Source of the DNA: Phycisphaerales bacterium
GTDB taxonomy: Bacteria > Planctomycetota > Phycisphaerae > Phycisphaerales > SM1A02
DNA: 62,839 bases
Assembly: GCA_013003065.1 (NCBI GenBank)
Contig: JABDLI010000179.1
Span: 1 to 62,839 of the forward strand
Direction of reading: 5' to 3'
Of this stretch, positions 32,218 to 41,926 are shown piece after piece (positions within the stretch are counted from its first letter, which is position 1; every line of letters begins with the position of its first letter). The notes below the pieces were generated by a model that was given only the letters and a program-made list of their open reading frames with translations, was not told where the DNA came from and did no database searches. The translations under genes and the position numbers were made by a program.

Positions 32218-33489
32218 ATGAACCAACGTCTCTTCCGGCCGTCTTCGCCCGACCCGCGTGGCGTGCCGACTCTGCGCTTGGTCGTGCTGATGCTGCTGCT
32301 CTCGACGGTCCGCGTCGAAGCATCGTCGCCGGCGATGCTGATCGACCCGTGGGCACCGCGGGCGATCTACGACCGACTCATCGATCGCCTTGGCCTCGAC
32401 GCTGACCGCCGCGTGGTCGCCGAGGTGCTGTACGAAGATTACGCCGCCGACGTCGCTGACCTCGGAGCCCGCGTCGCGGAACACGCCGCCGCCGCCGGTC
32501 AGGCGAAGGTGCAGGATGCGTTGGCCGGCCGCGTGCTGGTGCCCGCCGATGAGCTGCGGGAGATGCGGGTGTCCGTCGCCGCGGCGGAGCGTTCGGTCTG
32601 GCCCGAGGCGGACCGGCTCTTCAGCGAGCTGCGATTCAACACGGCCAGCCTCATGTTGAGCGGCGAGACCGGCGTCACCGGTGCGCTCGCCGCATTCGAT
32701 CGCGCGGTGTACGGCGCGCCGCGACGTCGCGATCGGTCCGAGCCGTGGTACGCCGGCGACGGTGTGGATGTGATCGCGCTGCTCGCAGCGGCCCGGCGGC
32801 GGGGTGGCGAGCTGGCAACGCTCGACCTCGCGGGCGGGGAGGAACGAATCGCAGCGTACGAAGCGGCGCTCGTGACCTTTCTGACCGAGACGGCCGCGGC
32901 GGATCGCGCAGCGCGACTCGAACGCCGGATCGCGAAGATCGAGCGTGACCGCGACCGCCTCACCGAGATCGATCGCGACGCGGTGGTACGCTGGCGGCGG
33001 CTTCACACGCTCAACGAAGCCATGATCACCGTGATCGCGGAGATGGCGGCCGCGCAACTCGGCCCGTCGGCCGCCACCGCGTGGCGCGAGCGATTCGATC
33101 GCGCGTGTTTCCCGACGCTCTTTGCAACGCCGCGGGTGGAGCACGAGGCGGCGTGGATTCTCCGTCACGATCGTCGCGCGGACGTACGCGCTCAGGTCGA
33201 GCGGATCCTGGCCGGTGATCGATCAGAACGCGCGCGATTGCTCGCCGCGACGATGCGTCTGCAGCGGTCGGCCCGCCAGGTTGGCGGGCTTCTGCTGTAC
33301 GCCGGCATCGACCCCGCCCGCCTCGGCGATCCGGCCAGCCGGCTGTCGCATCAGGAGCTGCTCAAGATCTCGGGCGCGCGGGCGCAGCTCGACGCGACGA
33401 CGTCGGCGGCGTTCGCGGCGCTGCTCACCGAGCGACAGCGGAAGCAGATGCGGGCCGACCTTGCCGCGGCGGCGACGCGGCGGGGCTGA
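32218..33489 (+). CDS. hypothetical secreted protein (Ala/Arg-rich, helical)
   Basis: It has a signal-like N-terminus (LRLVVLMLLLSTVRVEASS) and protein-like composition with GC-rich third positions. I recognised no domain. Confidence 0.6.
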   Translation: MNQRLFRPSSPDPRGVPTLRLVVLMLLLSTVRVEASSPAMLIDPWAPRAIYDRLIDRLGLDADRRVVAEVLYEDYAADVADLGARVAEHAAAAGQAKVQDALAGRVLVPADELREMRVSVAAAERSVWPEADRLFSELRFNTASLMLSGETGVTGALAAFDRAVYGAPRRRDRSEPWYAGDGVDVIALLAAARRRGGELATLDLAGGEERIAAYEAALVTFLTETAAADRAARLERRIAKIERDRDRLTEIDRDAVVRWRRLHTLNEAMITVIAEMAAAQLGPSAATAWRERFDRACFPTLFATPRVEHEAAWILRHDRRADVRAQVERILAGDRSERARLLAATMRLQRSARQVGGLLLYAGIDPARLGDPASRLSHQELLKISGARAQLDATTSAAFAALLTERQRKQMRADLAAAATRRG

Positions 33490-35431
33490 GCTGGGGACTC
33501 GGCGGGGGATGCGCCAACAGCCGCAGGCTGTTGGCGACCACGATCAGGGTCGAACCCTCGTGTCCCAGCACCCCGATGTAGAGGGGCACGCGGCCGAGGA
33601 TCGTCAGCACCGCGAGCACCGCGATCACGAGCGTCGCGAGGGCCAGGTTGGCGATCATGACCCGCTTGACGCGACGCGCGAGCCCGAACGACCACGGGAT
33701 TCGGTCGAGATCGTCGTGCAAGAGGATGACATCGGCCGTCTCGAGCGCCGCGTCAGCGCCGATTCTTCCCATGGCCAGACCCACGTCGGCGACGGCGAGC
33801 GCAGGGGCGTCGTTCACGCCGTCGCCGACGACGGCGAGACCGCCGCCGCCCTCGTTCTCCCGCATGCTTCGAATGCGATCGACCTTCTCCTCGGGAAGCA
33901 AATCCGCCTCCACGCGGTCGATCCCCAGCTCCGCCGCCAGACGCTCCGCGATCACCGGATGGTCGCCGGTCAGCATCGCCATCCGGTCGACTCCGACCGA
34001 CCGCAAGCGTTCCCGGAGCTGTTGGGCCCCGGCGCGAGGCTGATCGGCCAGCGCCAGAACCATCGCACCATCCTCGTGGGCGATCACGACCGGGATCCCT
34101 CCGTCGGCGCGGATCTGATCGACCATCCGCTCCGTGTGCCGCCGAAAACAGACGGGGATGAGCGGCTCGCAGAAATCGAACGCCCCGATACGCAAACGTC
34201 GCTCGCCGCTGCGGCCCTCGATGCCGCTGCCGGGGACGTTCTGGATCGCCGCGACGTCCGCCGGACGCAAGCGGCGTTCGCGGGCAAGCCGCACGATCGC
34301 GGCGGCGATGGGGTGCGTGGACTGCTCCTCGGCGCCGAACGCGATGCTCAGCAGAGCATCGGTGTCCGCCGCGGCGACGGGATGGACGTGCATCACCTCG
34401 ATCTGACCCTTGGTGAGGGTGCCGGTCTTGTCCATGACGATCCGGCTCACGTTCGACAGACGCTCGAGCGCGTCACCGCCCTTGATCAGGACGCCGGCTC
34501 GCGCCGCGCGGCTCAGACCGCACAGCGTGGCGGTGGGGGTCGAGATCACCAACGCGCACGGGCTCGCGACCACCAGCAGCGTGATCGCCCGGTACGCCGC
34601 CGCTGTGGCGGACAGCTCGGCGACGACGACGAAGCCGATGAGCGCGGCCACCGCCACGACCATGACGGTGAGGGTGTACGGGGTGGAGAAACGATCGATG
34701 ACCCGTTGCACCGGTTGCCGGCTCTCGTGCGCTTCGAGGACGAGGTCGAGGATGCGTTGGAGGCTGGATTCGCCAACGGGGCGGGTTACCCGGATCTCGA
34801 GCGCGCCGTCCTGGTTGAGCGTCCCAGCGAAGACTTCCTCGTCCTCCGTCACCGCGCGGGGCAACGACTCGCCGGTCAGCGTCGACTGGTCGACCGAGCT
34901 GCGGCCGACGATCACGACGCCGTCGGCGGGGATCGTCTCGCCGGGGCGCACGAGGACTTCGTCGCCCGGCTTCAGCGACTCAGGATCGGTCGGCGCCCAG
35001 CCCACGCCGGTGCGGATCAACGCATCGCGGGGCATGAGCTTGTTGAGCCGCGAGACGGCGTCGCGGGTCTTCTCCATCGCGCGGTGCTCGAGCGCGCCGG
35101 CCAACGTGAACATGAAGAGCAGCAAGGCGCCTTCGGCGGGATGTCCGATGGCGGCGGACAAGCCAGCGCCGACCACCATCAGCACGTCGATGTCGGGTCG
35201 CAGTTCGCGGATGGCCTCCCACGCGGCGTGCAGACCGTGGACGGCGCCGAGTCCGAGGCTGACCCAGAGGAGCACGCGGCCGATCTGGCCGACGACGGTC
35301 TCCGGTGACATCCACGCGAGCAGAAAGCCGGCCAAGAGCGTGATGCCCGCGGCGAGCGCGAGCGGAAGCTGCGTCTCGTCGCTGACGAGACGAGCAAGCC
35401 CGGTGCGGCCAGTTGTCGTCGGACCATCCAC
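33425..35431 (-). CDS. heavy-metal translocating P1B-type ATPase (SPC / HEGxT subtype, no N-terminal metal-binding domain)
   Basis: DKTGTLT, TGD/GDGVNDAP, the TM motif ASPCAL and the C-terminal HEGSTLIVVANSLRLL are present. The start is GTG 35431. At 668 aa there is no CxxC ferredoxin-like N-terminal domain. Confidence 0.9.
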   Translation of the reverse strand: MDGPTTTGRTGLARLVSDETQLPLALAAGITLLAGFLLAWMSPETVVGQIGRVLLWVSLGLGAVHGLHAAWEAIRELRPDIDVLMVVGAGLSAAIGHPAEGALLLFMFTLAGALEHRAMEKTRDAVSRLNKLMPRDALIRTGVGWAPTDPESLKPGDEVLVRPGETIPADGVVIVGRSSVDQSTLTGESLPRAVTEDEEVFAGTLNQDGALEIRVTRPVGESSLQRILDLVLEAHESRQPVQRVIDRFSTPYTLTVMVVAVAALIGFVVVAELSATAAAYRAITLLVVASPCALVISTPTATLCGLSRAARAGVLIKGGDALERLSNVSRIVMDKTGTLTKGQIEVMHVHPVAAADTDALLSIAFGAEEQSTHPIAAAIVRLARERRLRPADVAAIQNVPGSGIEGRSGERRLRIGAFDFCEPLIPVCFRRHTERMVDQIRADGGIPVVIAHEDGAMVLALADQPRAGAQQLRERLRSVGVDRMAMLTGDHPVIAERLAAELGIDRVEADLLPEEKVDRIRSMRENEGGGGLAVVGDGVNDAPALAVADVGLAMGRIGADAALETADVILLHDDLDRIPWSFGLARRVKRVMIANLALATLVIAVLAVLTILGRVPLYIGVLGHEGSTLIVVANSLRLLAHPPPSPQLSPAASPPRQGRPASASAVAR

Positions 35432-35447
35432 GGTGCGAAGATCTTAG

Positions 35448-36860
<1,413 letters not shown>

Positions 36861-36863
36861 CGC

Positions 36864-37490
36864 TTACTTCGCCTTGCCTTCCATGCTGACGATGATCAGC
36901 GTCTCGTCGCCGAGCATGCCGTTGCTGACGCCGTAGGTCATCCCGTACTCCGACCGTTTGATCGTGAAGTGCGTCTCGAATCCACCGCGTCGGCCGCGAC
37001 CGAGGTCGGCGCTGCCCGTCAACTCGACGGGGACGGTGATCGTCTTCGTCACGCCGTGGATGCTGAGGTCACCCGTCACGTCGTAGCGGTCCTCCGCCGT
37101 GCGGCGGGCCGACGTGCTCTTGAACGTCATCGCCTCGAACTCGCGGGCGTTGAAGAAGTCGGGGCTCTTGAGGTGTCCGTCGAGGCTCGCGTTGTTCGTG
37201 TCGACGCTCTCGATCGGAATCGTCACGTCGAAGGCCAGACCACGCTCGCTGCCCGGCGTGTGCTCGATCGTGCCGTCGAGGGTGTTGAAACGCCCGTAGA
37301 AGCGACCGGCACCGAGGTGATGCACGCGGAAGAGCGCAGTCGAGTGGACCGAGTCGATCTCGTACGAGTGGGTGGTGGTGGGCTGCGGGGCTGCCGTCGT
37401 CGCGCCGGGCGTGTTCTGCGGTGCGAATCCGAGGCTGACGCCGAGTCCGGTGACGAGCAGCAGCGATGCGATGAGAGGCGTGGTCTTCAT
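36864..37490 (-). CDS. YceI family periplasmic protein
   Basis: It has a signal peptide and YceI-like sequence (YEIDSVHSTALFRVHHLG...VTGDLSIHGVTKTITVPV). Confidence 0.87.
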   Translation of the reverse strand: MKTTPLIASLLLVTGLGVSLGFAPQNTPGATTAAPQPTTTHSYEIDSVHSTALFRVHHLGAGRFYGRFNTLDGTIEHTPGSERGLAFDVTIPIESVDTNNASLDGHLKSPDFFNAREFEAMTFKSTSARRTAEDRYDVTGDLSIHGVTKTITVPVELTGSADLGRGRRGGFETHFTIKRSEYGMTYGVSNGMLGDETLIIVSMEGKAK

Positions 37491-37532
37491 GGCGGGGGCT
37501 CCGGTGGGTCGGGAAGGTTGGCGGTGACTCTA

Positions 37533-37653
37533 GGTCCTGTCTGATGGCTCGGGATTCGCATGGGCACGAATCGTCAAATACGGCGTCGGTGCGACTCCTG
37601 GCCACGACGAGAAGCATCGCACTCATGCGAATCCTGAGCCATCAGACACGACC
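37533..37653. repeat. 30-bp inverted repeat (28 WC, 1 G.U, 1 mismatch) separated by 61 nt in the yceI / zinc-ribbon-gene divergent region
   Basis: Arm 37533..37562 is ggtcctgtctgatggctcgggattcgcatg. Arm 37624..37653 is catgcgaatcctgagccatcagacacgacc. Confidence 0.7.
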
Positions 37654-37701
37654 TCGGCGATGCGATCAGGCGCTCGCCACCGGGCCGGATGGAGGCTCGG
37701 A

Positions 37702-37707
37702 TACACT
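37702..37707 (+). promoter_or_regulatory. -10-like TACACT 7 nt upstream of ATG 37715 (leaderless candidate)
   Basis: GATACACTG-ACGGCA-ATG. The same GATACACTG box recurs at three other starts in this window. Confidence 0.35.
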
Positions 37708-37714
37708 GACGGCA

Positions 37715-38446
37715 ATGGAGCGTTCCGAACTGGAGGCGGACGGCGATCGTCAATCCGAATCCGCGGATCCGCTGCCGCTGGAACCGGTGGTCGAGCCGAG
37801 GGTGGCCTGTCCGGAGTGCGGGGCGACGTGGCGAGGCGACCCGGGCGATCCGTGCATCCGCTGCGGGTTCGATCCCCATCCCCCCACGCCGGCGGCGGCG
37901 ACGGCCGCGTCGGTGGAGCCAGCGCCGGCGGCATCGACCGTCTCTCCGGACACCGCGTTGCCCCGGCCGCGTACGCTCGGGCGTTGGCTCTGGGGGCTGG
38001 GGCTGATCGCGCTCGCCGTCCCCGCGATCGGCGCGTTGGCCGGCGCGCGGGGCCTCGTGCCTGCGAGCGATCCCGTCGACTGGCCCGACCGCATCGAGAC
38101 CTTCGCCCGCGGTCCGCTTCTGGTCGGGCTGTGGGGTCTGAGCGGAGTGCTCGCGTTGGGCACGGTCGCGTGGCTCCGGGCGCGACCGCTCGGCGATCCG
38201 GCGGTGGTCCTGGGTCGCGTCCTGGCGGTCGTCGCGGTGGGCCGGACCGCCGCCCTGATCGCGGCGCCGTGGCCCTTCGTCGAGTTCGCCGCCGAAGCGC
38301 TGTTGCAAGCGGCCGTCTACGCCGGCGGGCTCTGGCTCCTCTTCCGGCTCGCGTGGCGGGATGTCTTCCTGACGCTGGGGCTGACGGTCGGCGTCTTCAT
38401 GGTGCTGTCCGCGGGCGCGCACCTGATCACCTGGATCGCGTCGTGA
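37715..38446 (+). CDS. zinc-ribbon membrane protein, function unknown
   Basis: It has an N-terminal CPECG-x..-CIRCG ribbon, a Pro/Ala linker, then about 5 TM segments. ATG 37715 lies within track ORF 37544..38446. Confidence 0.6.
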   Translation: MERSELEADGDRQSESADPLPLEPVVEPRVACPECGATWRGDPGDPCIRCGFDPHPPTPAAATAASVEPAPAASTVSPDTALPRPRTLGRWLWGLGLIALAVPAIGALAGARGLVPASDPVDWPDRIETFARGPLLVGLWGLSGVLALGTVAWLRARPLGDPAVVLGRVLAVVAVGRTAALIAAPWPFVEFAAEALLQAAVYAGGLWLLFRLAWRDVFLTLGLTVGVFMVLSAGAHLITWIAS

Positions 38447-38453
38447 CAGCGGT

Positions 38454-40652
38454 CTACTGTCCGAATCGGCGGTAGAGTTCGTCGTCGATGAAGACGCGGA
38501 GCCTCTGGGCGCTGGGGTCGTCGTCACCCGCGTCGATGGCCGCGTCGATGGCATGGAAGGCGAGCGCGGGGTCGTCCAGGATCATCTGCAACGCCGCGGA
38601 CATGAACAACGCATCGATGTCACTGCGATCCGAACGCAGCCGTTCGCGGTAAACGTCCAGCAGACGCTGCACCTGATCGAGCACCAGTGCATCGGTCGGG
38701 ACGTCGAAGAGCGCCGACGCGTCGTCGACCATTGCTCGCCGCATCGCCATGGCCGCGTCGATGTCGTAGCCGAGCCGTCCGGCCGCGATCGCGTAGCCGA
38801 TCCGGGCGGCCGCGTCGTGGGGAACGGCGTACACGAGGTCGGCGAACGTCGCGAGCGCCGCCTCGAGCTGATCGTCGGCCAGCTGGTCCCACCCCTGGTC
38901 GATGGTCGGCACGAGCGGCACGTAAGTCGACTGCGCCGGCGCATAGACCGGCGTCGACGTCCGGTACGAGGAGTACCAGTACGGGCGTACGTAGGTCGTG
39001 CAATAGCCGCAGTCACATCCGAAGCCGTGACCGGCGCGGTAGACGTGCCGGAAGCGGGGGCCGTGGTATCCGTACCCGCCATACGAGCGGTGGTACGACC
39101 GCCAGGGGCGGGCGTAGGAGATCGAGCAGGTGCGATAGTGCAGCCGGTAGTGATGCCAGGGCCGGTGAAAGCCGTGCCCGAAATGGAATCGATGACCGTG
39201 GTGACCGAAGCCGATGCTGAACCACCACGGGGCGTGGTCTGCGTAGTACCCGAACGAGAACGACCAGCCGTGCCAGCGGGAGCCGTAGTAGTAATCCAGG
39301 TGGTGCCCGTGGTGTCGGTGGTGTCCGTGGTGTCCCCCGCCGCCGTGCCACCAGTGCCAGTCCGGCCAGTCGTCGTCGTGGTGGTCGCGTCGCTCGGTCT
39401 CGTCGAAACCCGTGTGGTAGGTCGTGTCGTGGGCGTCGTCCGGTGCGGTCGGCGGCGAGCCGGAAGACCCGACGCTGCCACCGGGACTCGGTGGCCGTCG
39501 GTTCGGGCGTGATCCGGGCACGCCAGGAATCGTCGGGAGGTTGTGGCCACGCATCCCCGGCGTCAGCGATCGCGTCGCGTCGCGGACGCGAGGCGGACGG
39601 CTCGGCTGGTTGCCGCCGAACGACCGATTGCTTCGGCCCGATCGGTTGGTCGCGGCGGGCGACCGGTCCGGCCGGCGGGGGTTGAGGTCGATCGTTCGGC
39701 GTGAGACGTCGCGATTCGACGTGGTGGGATACGGCCGTTGCGGTTGAGGAGACGGACGCTGCCACGTGCGGTTGCGTGAGGAGTTGCTTCTCGTGCGTGG
39801 CATGGAGGGCCGCTGGAGCCGGCTCGGTGAGAGGTCACGCTGGCTCGGGCGGTTGAACCGCTGACGCGATGGGGAGCGGCTCGGCTGCTGCCGGTCCGAC
39901 GTTCGCGGGGGCGGGCTCTGGGCGCGGCGACTCGAGGGCGGTGCCACGCGGGTCGGACGCTGGGCGCTCTTGCCCCGGTTGGACGGCGGCGCGGCTCGCG
40001 TGGGACGCTGGGGGCTGTTGCTCCGTCCCGACTGCGTGCGGCTGGAGCTCCTGGGGGGGCTCTGCGCGCTCTTGCGGCTGGGGCTGGACGACGAGCGGCT
40101 GGCGTTCTTGCTTCGGCTCGCCTGCGCGCGGCTGGAGCTCTTCGGGGGGCTCTTCACGCTCTTGCGGCTGGGGCTGGATGACGCGCGGCTGGCGTTCTTG
40201 CTGCGGCTCGCCTGCGCGCGGCTGGAGCTCTTCGGGGGCTTCACGCTCTTGCGGCTGGGGCTGGACGACGCGCGGCTGGCGTTCTTGCTGCGGCTCGCCT
40301 GCGCGCGGCTGGAGCTCTTCGGGGGGCTCTTCACACTCTTGCTGCTGCGGCTGGACGACGAGCTCGCGTTCTTGCTGCGGCTCGGCTTCGACCGGCTCGA
40401 GCTGGGCGGGCTCTTCGCGTTCTTGCTGCTCCGGTTCGAAGACGACCGGCTGGCTCGCGACTTGGCCTGCTTCGGCGGCCCGTCGACCGCCATCGCGGGT
40501 GGGTCGCCGGACCCGATGCCCGGCCCCATCGAGTCGGCTGCCGCCGCCTCCGGGCTCAGGGTCAGTCCGAAGAGGGCCACGATCACCAGCAGGGACGCCC
40601 CCGCGATCCTTCGTCGCCCTGCCCACCCGATCATTCGCGCGTTGTGCATCAC
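38454..40652 (-). CDS. secreted low-complexity protein: Ser/Arg/Lys tandem repeats, His/Trp/Tyr/Gly-rich block, helical C-terminal domain
   Basis: A signal peptide is followed by ~330 aa of S/R/K/P-rich sequence with 29-30-aa repeats. An HGHH/W/Y-rich block follows, then a TPR-like helical C-terminus. Third codon positions are almost all G/C in this frame. Confidence 0.7.
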   Translation of the reverse strand: MMHNARMIGWAGRRRIAGASLLVIVALFGLTLSPEAAAADSMGPGIGSGDPPAMAVDGPPKQAKSRASRSSSNRSSKNAKSPPSSSRSKPSRSKNASSSSSRSSKSVKSPPKSSSRAQASRSKNASRASSSPSRKSVKPPKSSSRAQASRSKNASRASSSPSRKSVKSPPKSSSRAQASRSKNASRSSSSPSRKSAQSPPRSSSRTQSGRSNSPQRPTRAAPPSNRGKSAQRPTRVAPPSSRRAQSPPPRTSDRQQPSRSPSRQRFNRPSQRDLSPSRLQRPSMPRTRSNSSRNRTWQRPSPQPQRPYPTTSNRDVSRRTIDLNPRRPDRSPAATNRSGRSNRSFGGNQPSRPPRVRDATRSLTPGMRGHNLPTIPGVPGSRPNRRPPSPGGSVGSSGSPPTAPDDAHDTTYHTGFDETERRDHHDDDWPDWHWWHGGGGHHGHHRHHGHHLDYYYGSRWHGWSFSFGYYADHAPWWFSIGFGHHGHRFHFGHGFHRPWHHYRLHYRTCSISYARPWRSYHRSYGGYGYHGPRFRHVYRAGHGFGCDCGYCTTYVRPYWYSSYRTSTPVYAPAQSTYVPLVPTIDQGWDQLADDQLEAALATFADLVYAVPHDAAARIGYAIAAGRLGYDIDAAMAMRRAMVDDASALFDVPTDALVLDQVQRLLDVYRERLRSDRSDIDALFMSAALQMILDDPALAFHAIDAAIDAGDDDPSAQRLRVFIDDELYRRFGQ
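40038..40392 (-). repeat. in-frame tandem repeat (periods 90, 90, 87 nt, then a degenerate copy)
   Basis: Units start at 40038, 40128, 40218 and 40305 (plus-strand gcggctggagctc...). Each encodes ~KSPPKSSSRAQASRSKNASRASSSPSRKSV. Confidence 0.8.
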
Positions 40653-40794
40653 AAAGCCTCCCGGGGCCCGATGCCGCCCTCCGGGCGGAGGGGCCCATTG
40701 GGATTGCGACCCGGGTGAACTCCGTCCATTCCTTGCATTCCGCAGAATTATTGGCCGCAGACCGCCGCGGTGGGCGGCAGGGGCGATCCGGATT

Positions 40795-40800
40795 TACAAT
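40795..40800 (+). promoter_or_regulatory. -10 TACAAT 9 nt upstream of ATG 40810 (leaderless or near-leaderless candidate)
   Basis: GATTTACAAT-TCGTCCCCC-ATG. Confidence 0.35.
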
Positions 40801-40809
40801 TCGTCCCCC

Positions 40810-41850
40810 ATGCGAGCCGCCGTTCTCACCACCCAGGGTCAGCCGGTCGCGGCCAACGTCGAGCTGAGGGAGTGGCACGACGTCGAGCCCGGTCCGGGAG
40901 AGGTTCGGGTCCGCACCGAGGCCTCCGCGCTCAACCACCTCGACCTCTGGGTCGGGCGGGGCGTGCCGGGCGCGGATTTGGAGTTCCCGCGGATCTCGGG
41001 CTCGGACGGGTGCGGCATCGTGGATGCGGTGGGCGAAGAAGTGGATGCGGCGTGGGAGGGCCAACGCGTGGTCCTGAACGCGGCCGTGATGGCCGACGCG
41101 CCACCGCGTCCCGGCGTGACACCCACGAGCGGAGTCCCGGCCGTCATCGGCGAACACAGCCACGGCACGATGGCCGCCAGGTTCCTCGCGCCCGTCCGCA
41201 ACGTGCTGGCGATCGGCGATGCGGATCCCGTGGCGGCCGCGGCGTTCGCGCTCAGCCACCTGACCGCGTGGCGGATGCTCGTGACCCGCGCCCGCCTTCG
41301 CGCTGGTCAGTCGGTGCTGATCCCGGGCATCGGGGGCGGGGTGGCGTTGGCCCTCCTCGGCATCGCTCGCCACTTCGGCTGTCACATCATCGTGACGAGC
41401 CGCTCCCCCGAGAAGCTGGCACGCGCACAGGAGCTCGGCGCCCACGCGGGCGTGCTGGACGCGGGGGAAGACTTCTCCCGCGAAGTGCGTCGCCTCACCG
41501 GACGACGCGGGGTCGATGTCTGCGCCGACTCCGTCGGCAAGGCGATCCACGGCTCTTGCCTGCGCGCCCTCGCGCGGGGGGGGACATTCGTGACGTGCGG
41601 CTGCACGACCGGACCGGACGCGACGACCGATCTCGCCCGCATCTTCTGGAACCAGCTCTCCGTCCTGGGATCGACGATGGGTGACATGGCCGAGTTTCGC
41701 GCCGTCACGAGTCTCTTTTCGAGCGGTGCCCTCTCCCCTGTCATCGATTCGTGCCACACCCCCGACGCCGCTCCCGCCGCGTACGCCCGCCTCGAATCGG
41801 GGGAGCACTTCGGGAAGGTCGTCATCGACTGGCGATCGGGAGCCTCCTGA
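40810..41850 (+). CDS. zinc-binding alcohol dehydrogenase / quinone oxidoreductase family (MDR) protein
   Basis: It has a GroES-like N-domain (EVRVRTEASALNHLDLW...SGSDGCGIVDAVGEEV) and a Rossmann fold (GQSVLIPGIGGGVALALLGIA). Confidence 0.85.
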   Translation: MRAAVLTTQGQPVAANVELREWHDVEPGPGEVRVRTEASALNHLDLWVGRGVPGADLEFPRISGSDGCGIVDAVGEEVDAAWEGQRVVLNAAVMADAPPRPGVTPTSGVPAVIGEHSHGTMAARFLAPVRNVLAIGDADPVAAAAFALSHLTAWRMLVTRARLRAGQSVLIPGIGGGVALALLGIARHFGCHIIVTSRSPEKLARAQELGAHAGVLDAGEDFSREVRRLTGRRGVDVCADSVGKAIHGSCLRALARGGTFVTCGCTTGPDATTDLARIFWNQLSVLGSTMGDMAEFRAVTSLFSSGALSPVIDSCHTPDAAPAAYARLESGEHFGKVVIDWRSGAS

Positions 41851-41926
41851 GGGCCACCGCGATCGATGTCCGGCGATGGACGCGGGTTGGTTTTGGCCAT
41901 CCCGTGCGGTAGTCTGGGGTTGACCT

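Noticed and set aside
30700-33168. An 822-aa minus-strand ORF spanning the xerD region.
   Set aside because: It is antisense to xerD and to the secreted hypothetical gene. Its composition is Arg/Ala/Gly/Pro-dominated and shows no motifs.
37529-37540. The 12-mer CTAGGTCCTGTC shared between the 17.56-kb palindrome and the 37.5-kb inverted repeat, as evidence of a repeat family.
   Set aside because: A single shared 12-mer among all pairs of positions in a 63-kb window on both strands is within chance expectation. The remainders of the two elements are unrelated.
40038-40392. A regular ~90-nt repeat array as a possible CRISPR or satellite.
   Set aside because: The repeats are contiguous with no unique spacers. 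They are in frame and encode the Ser/Arg/Lys repeat of a long ORF with strong GC3 bias.
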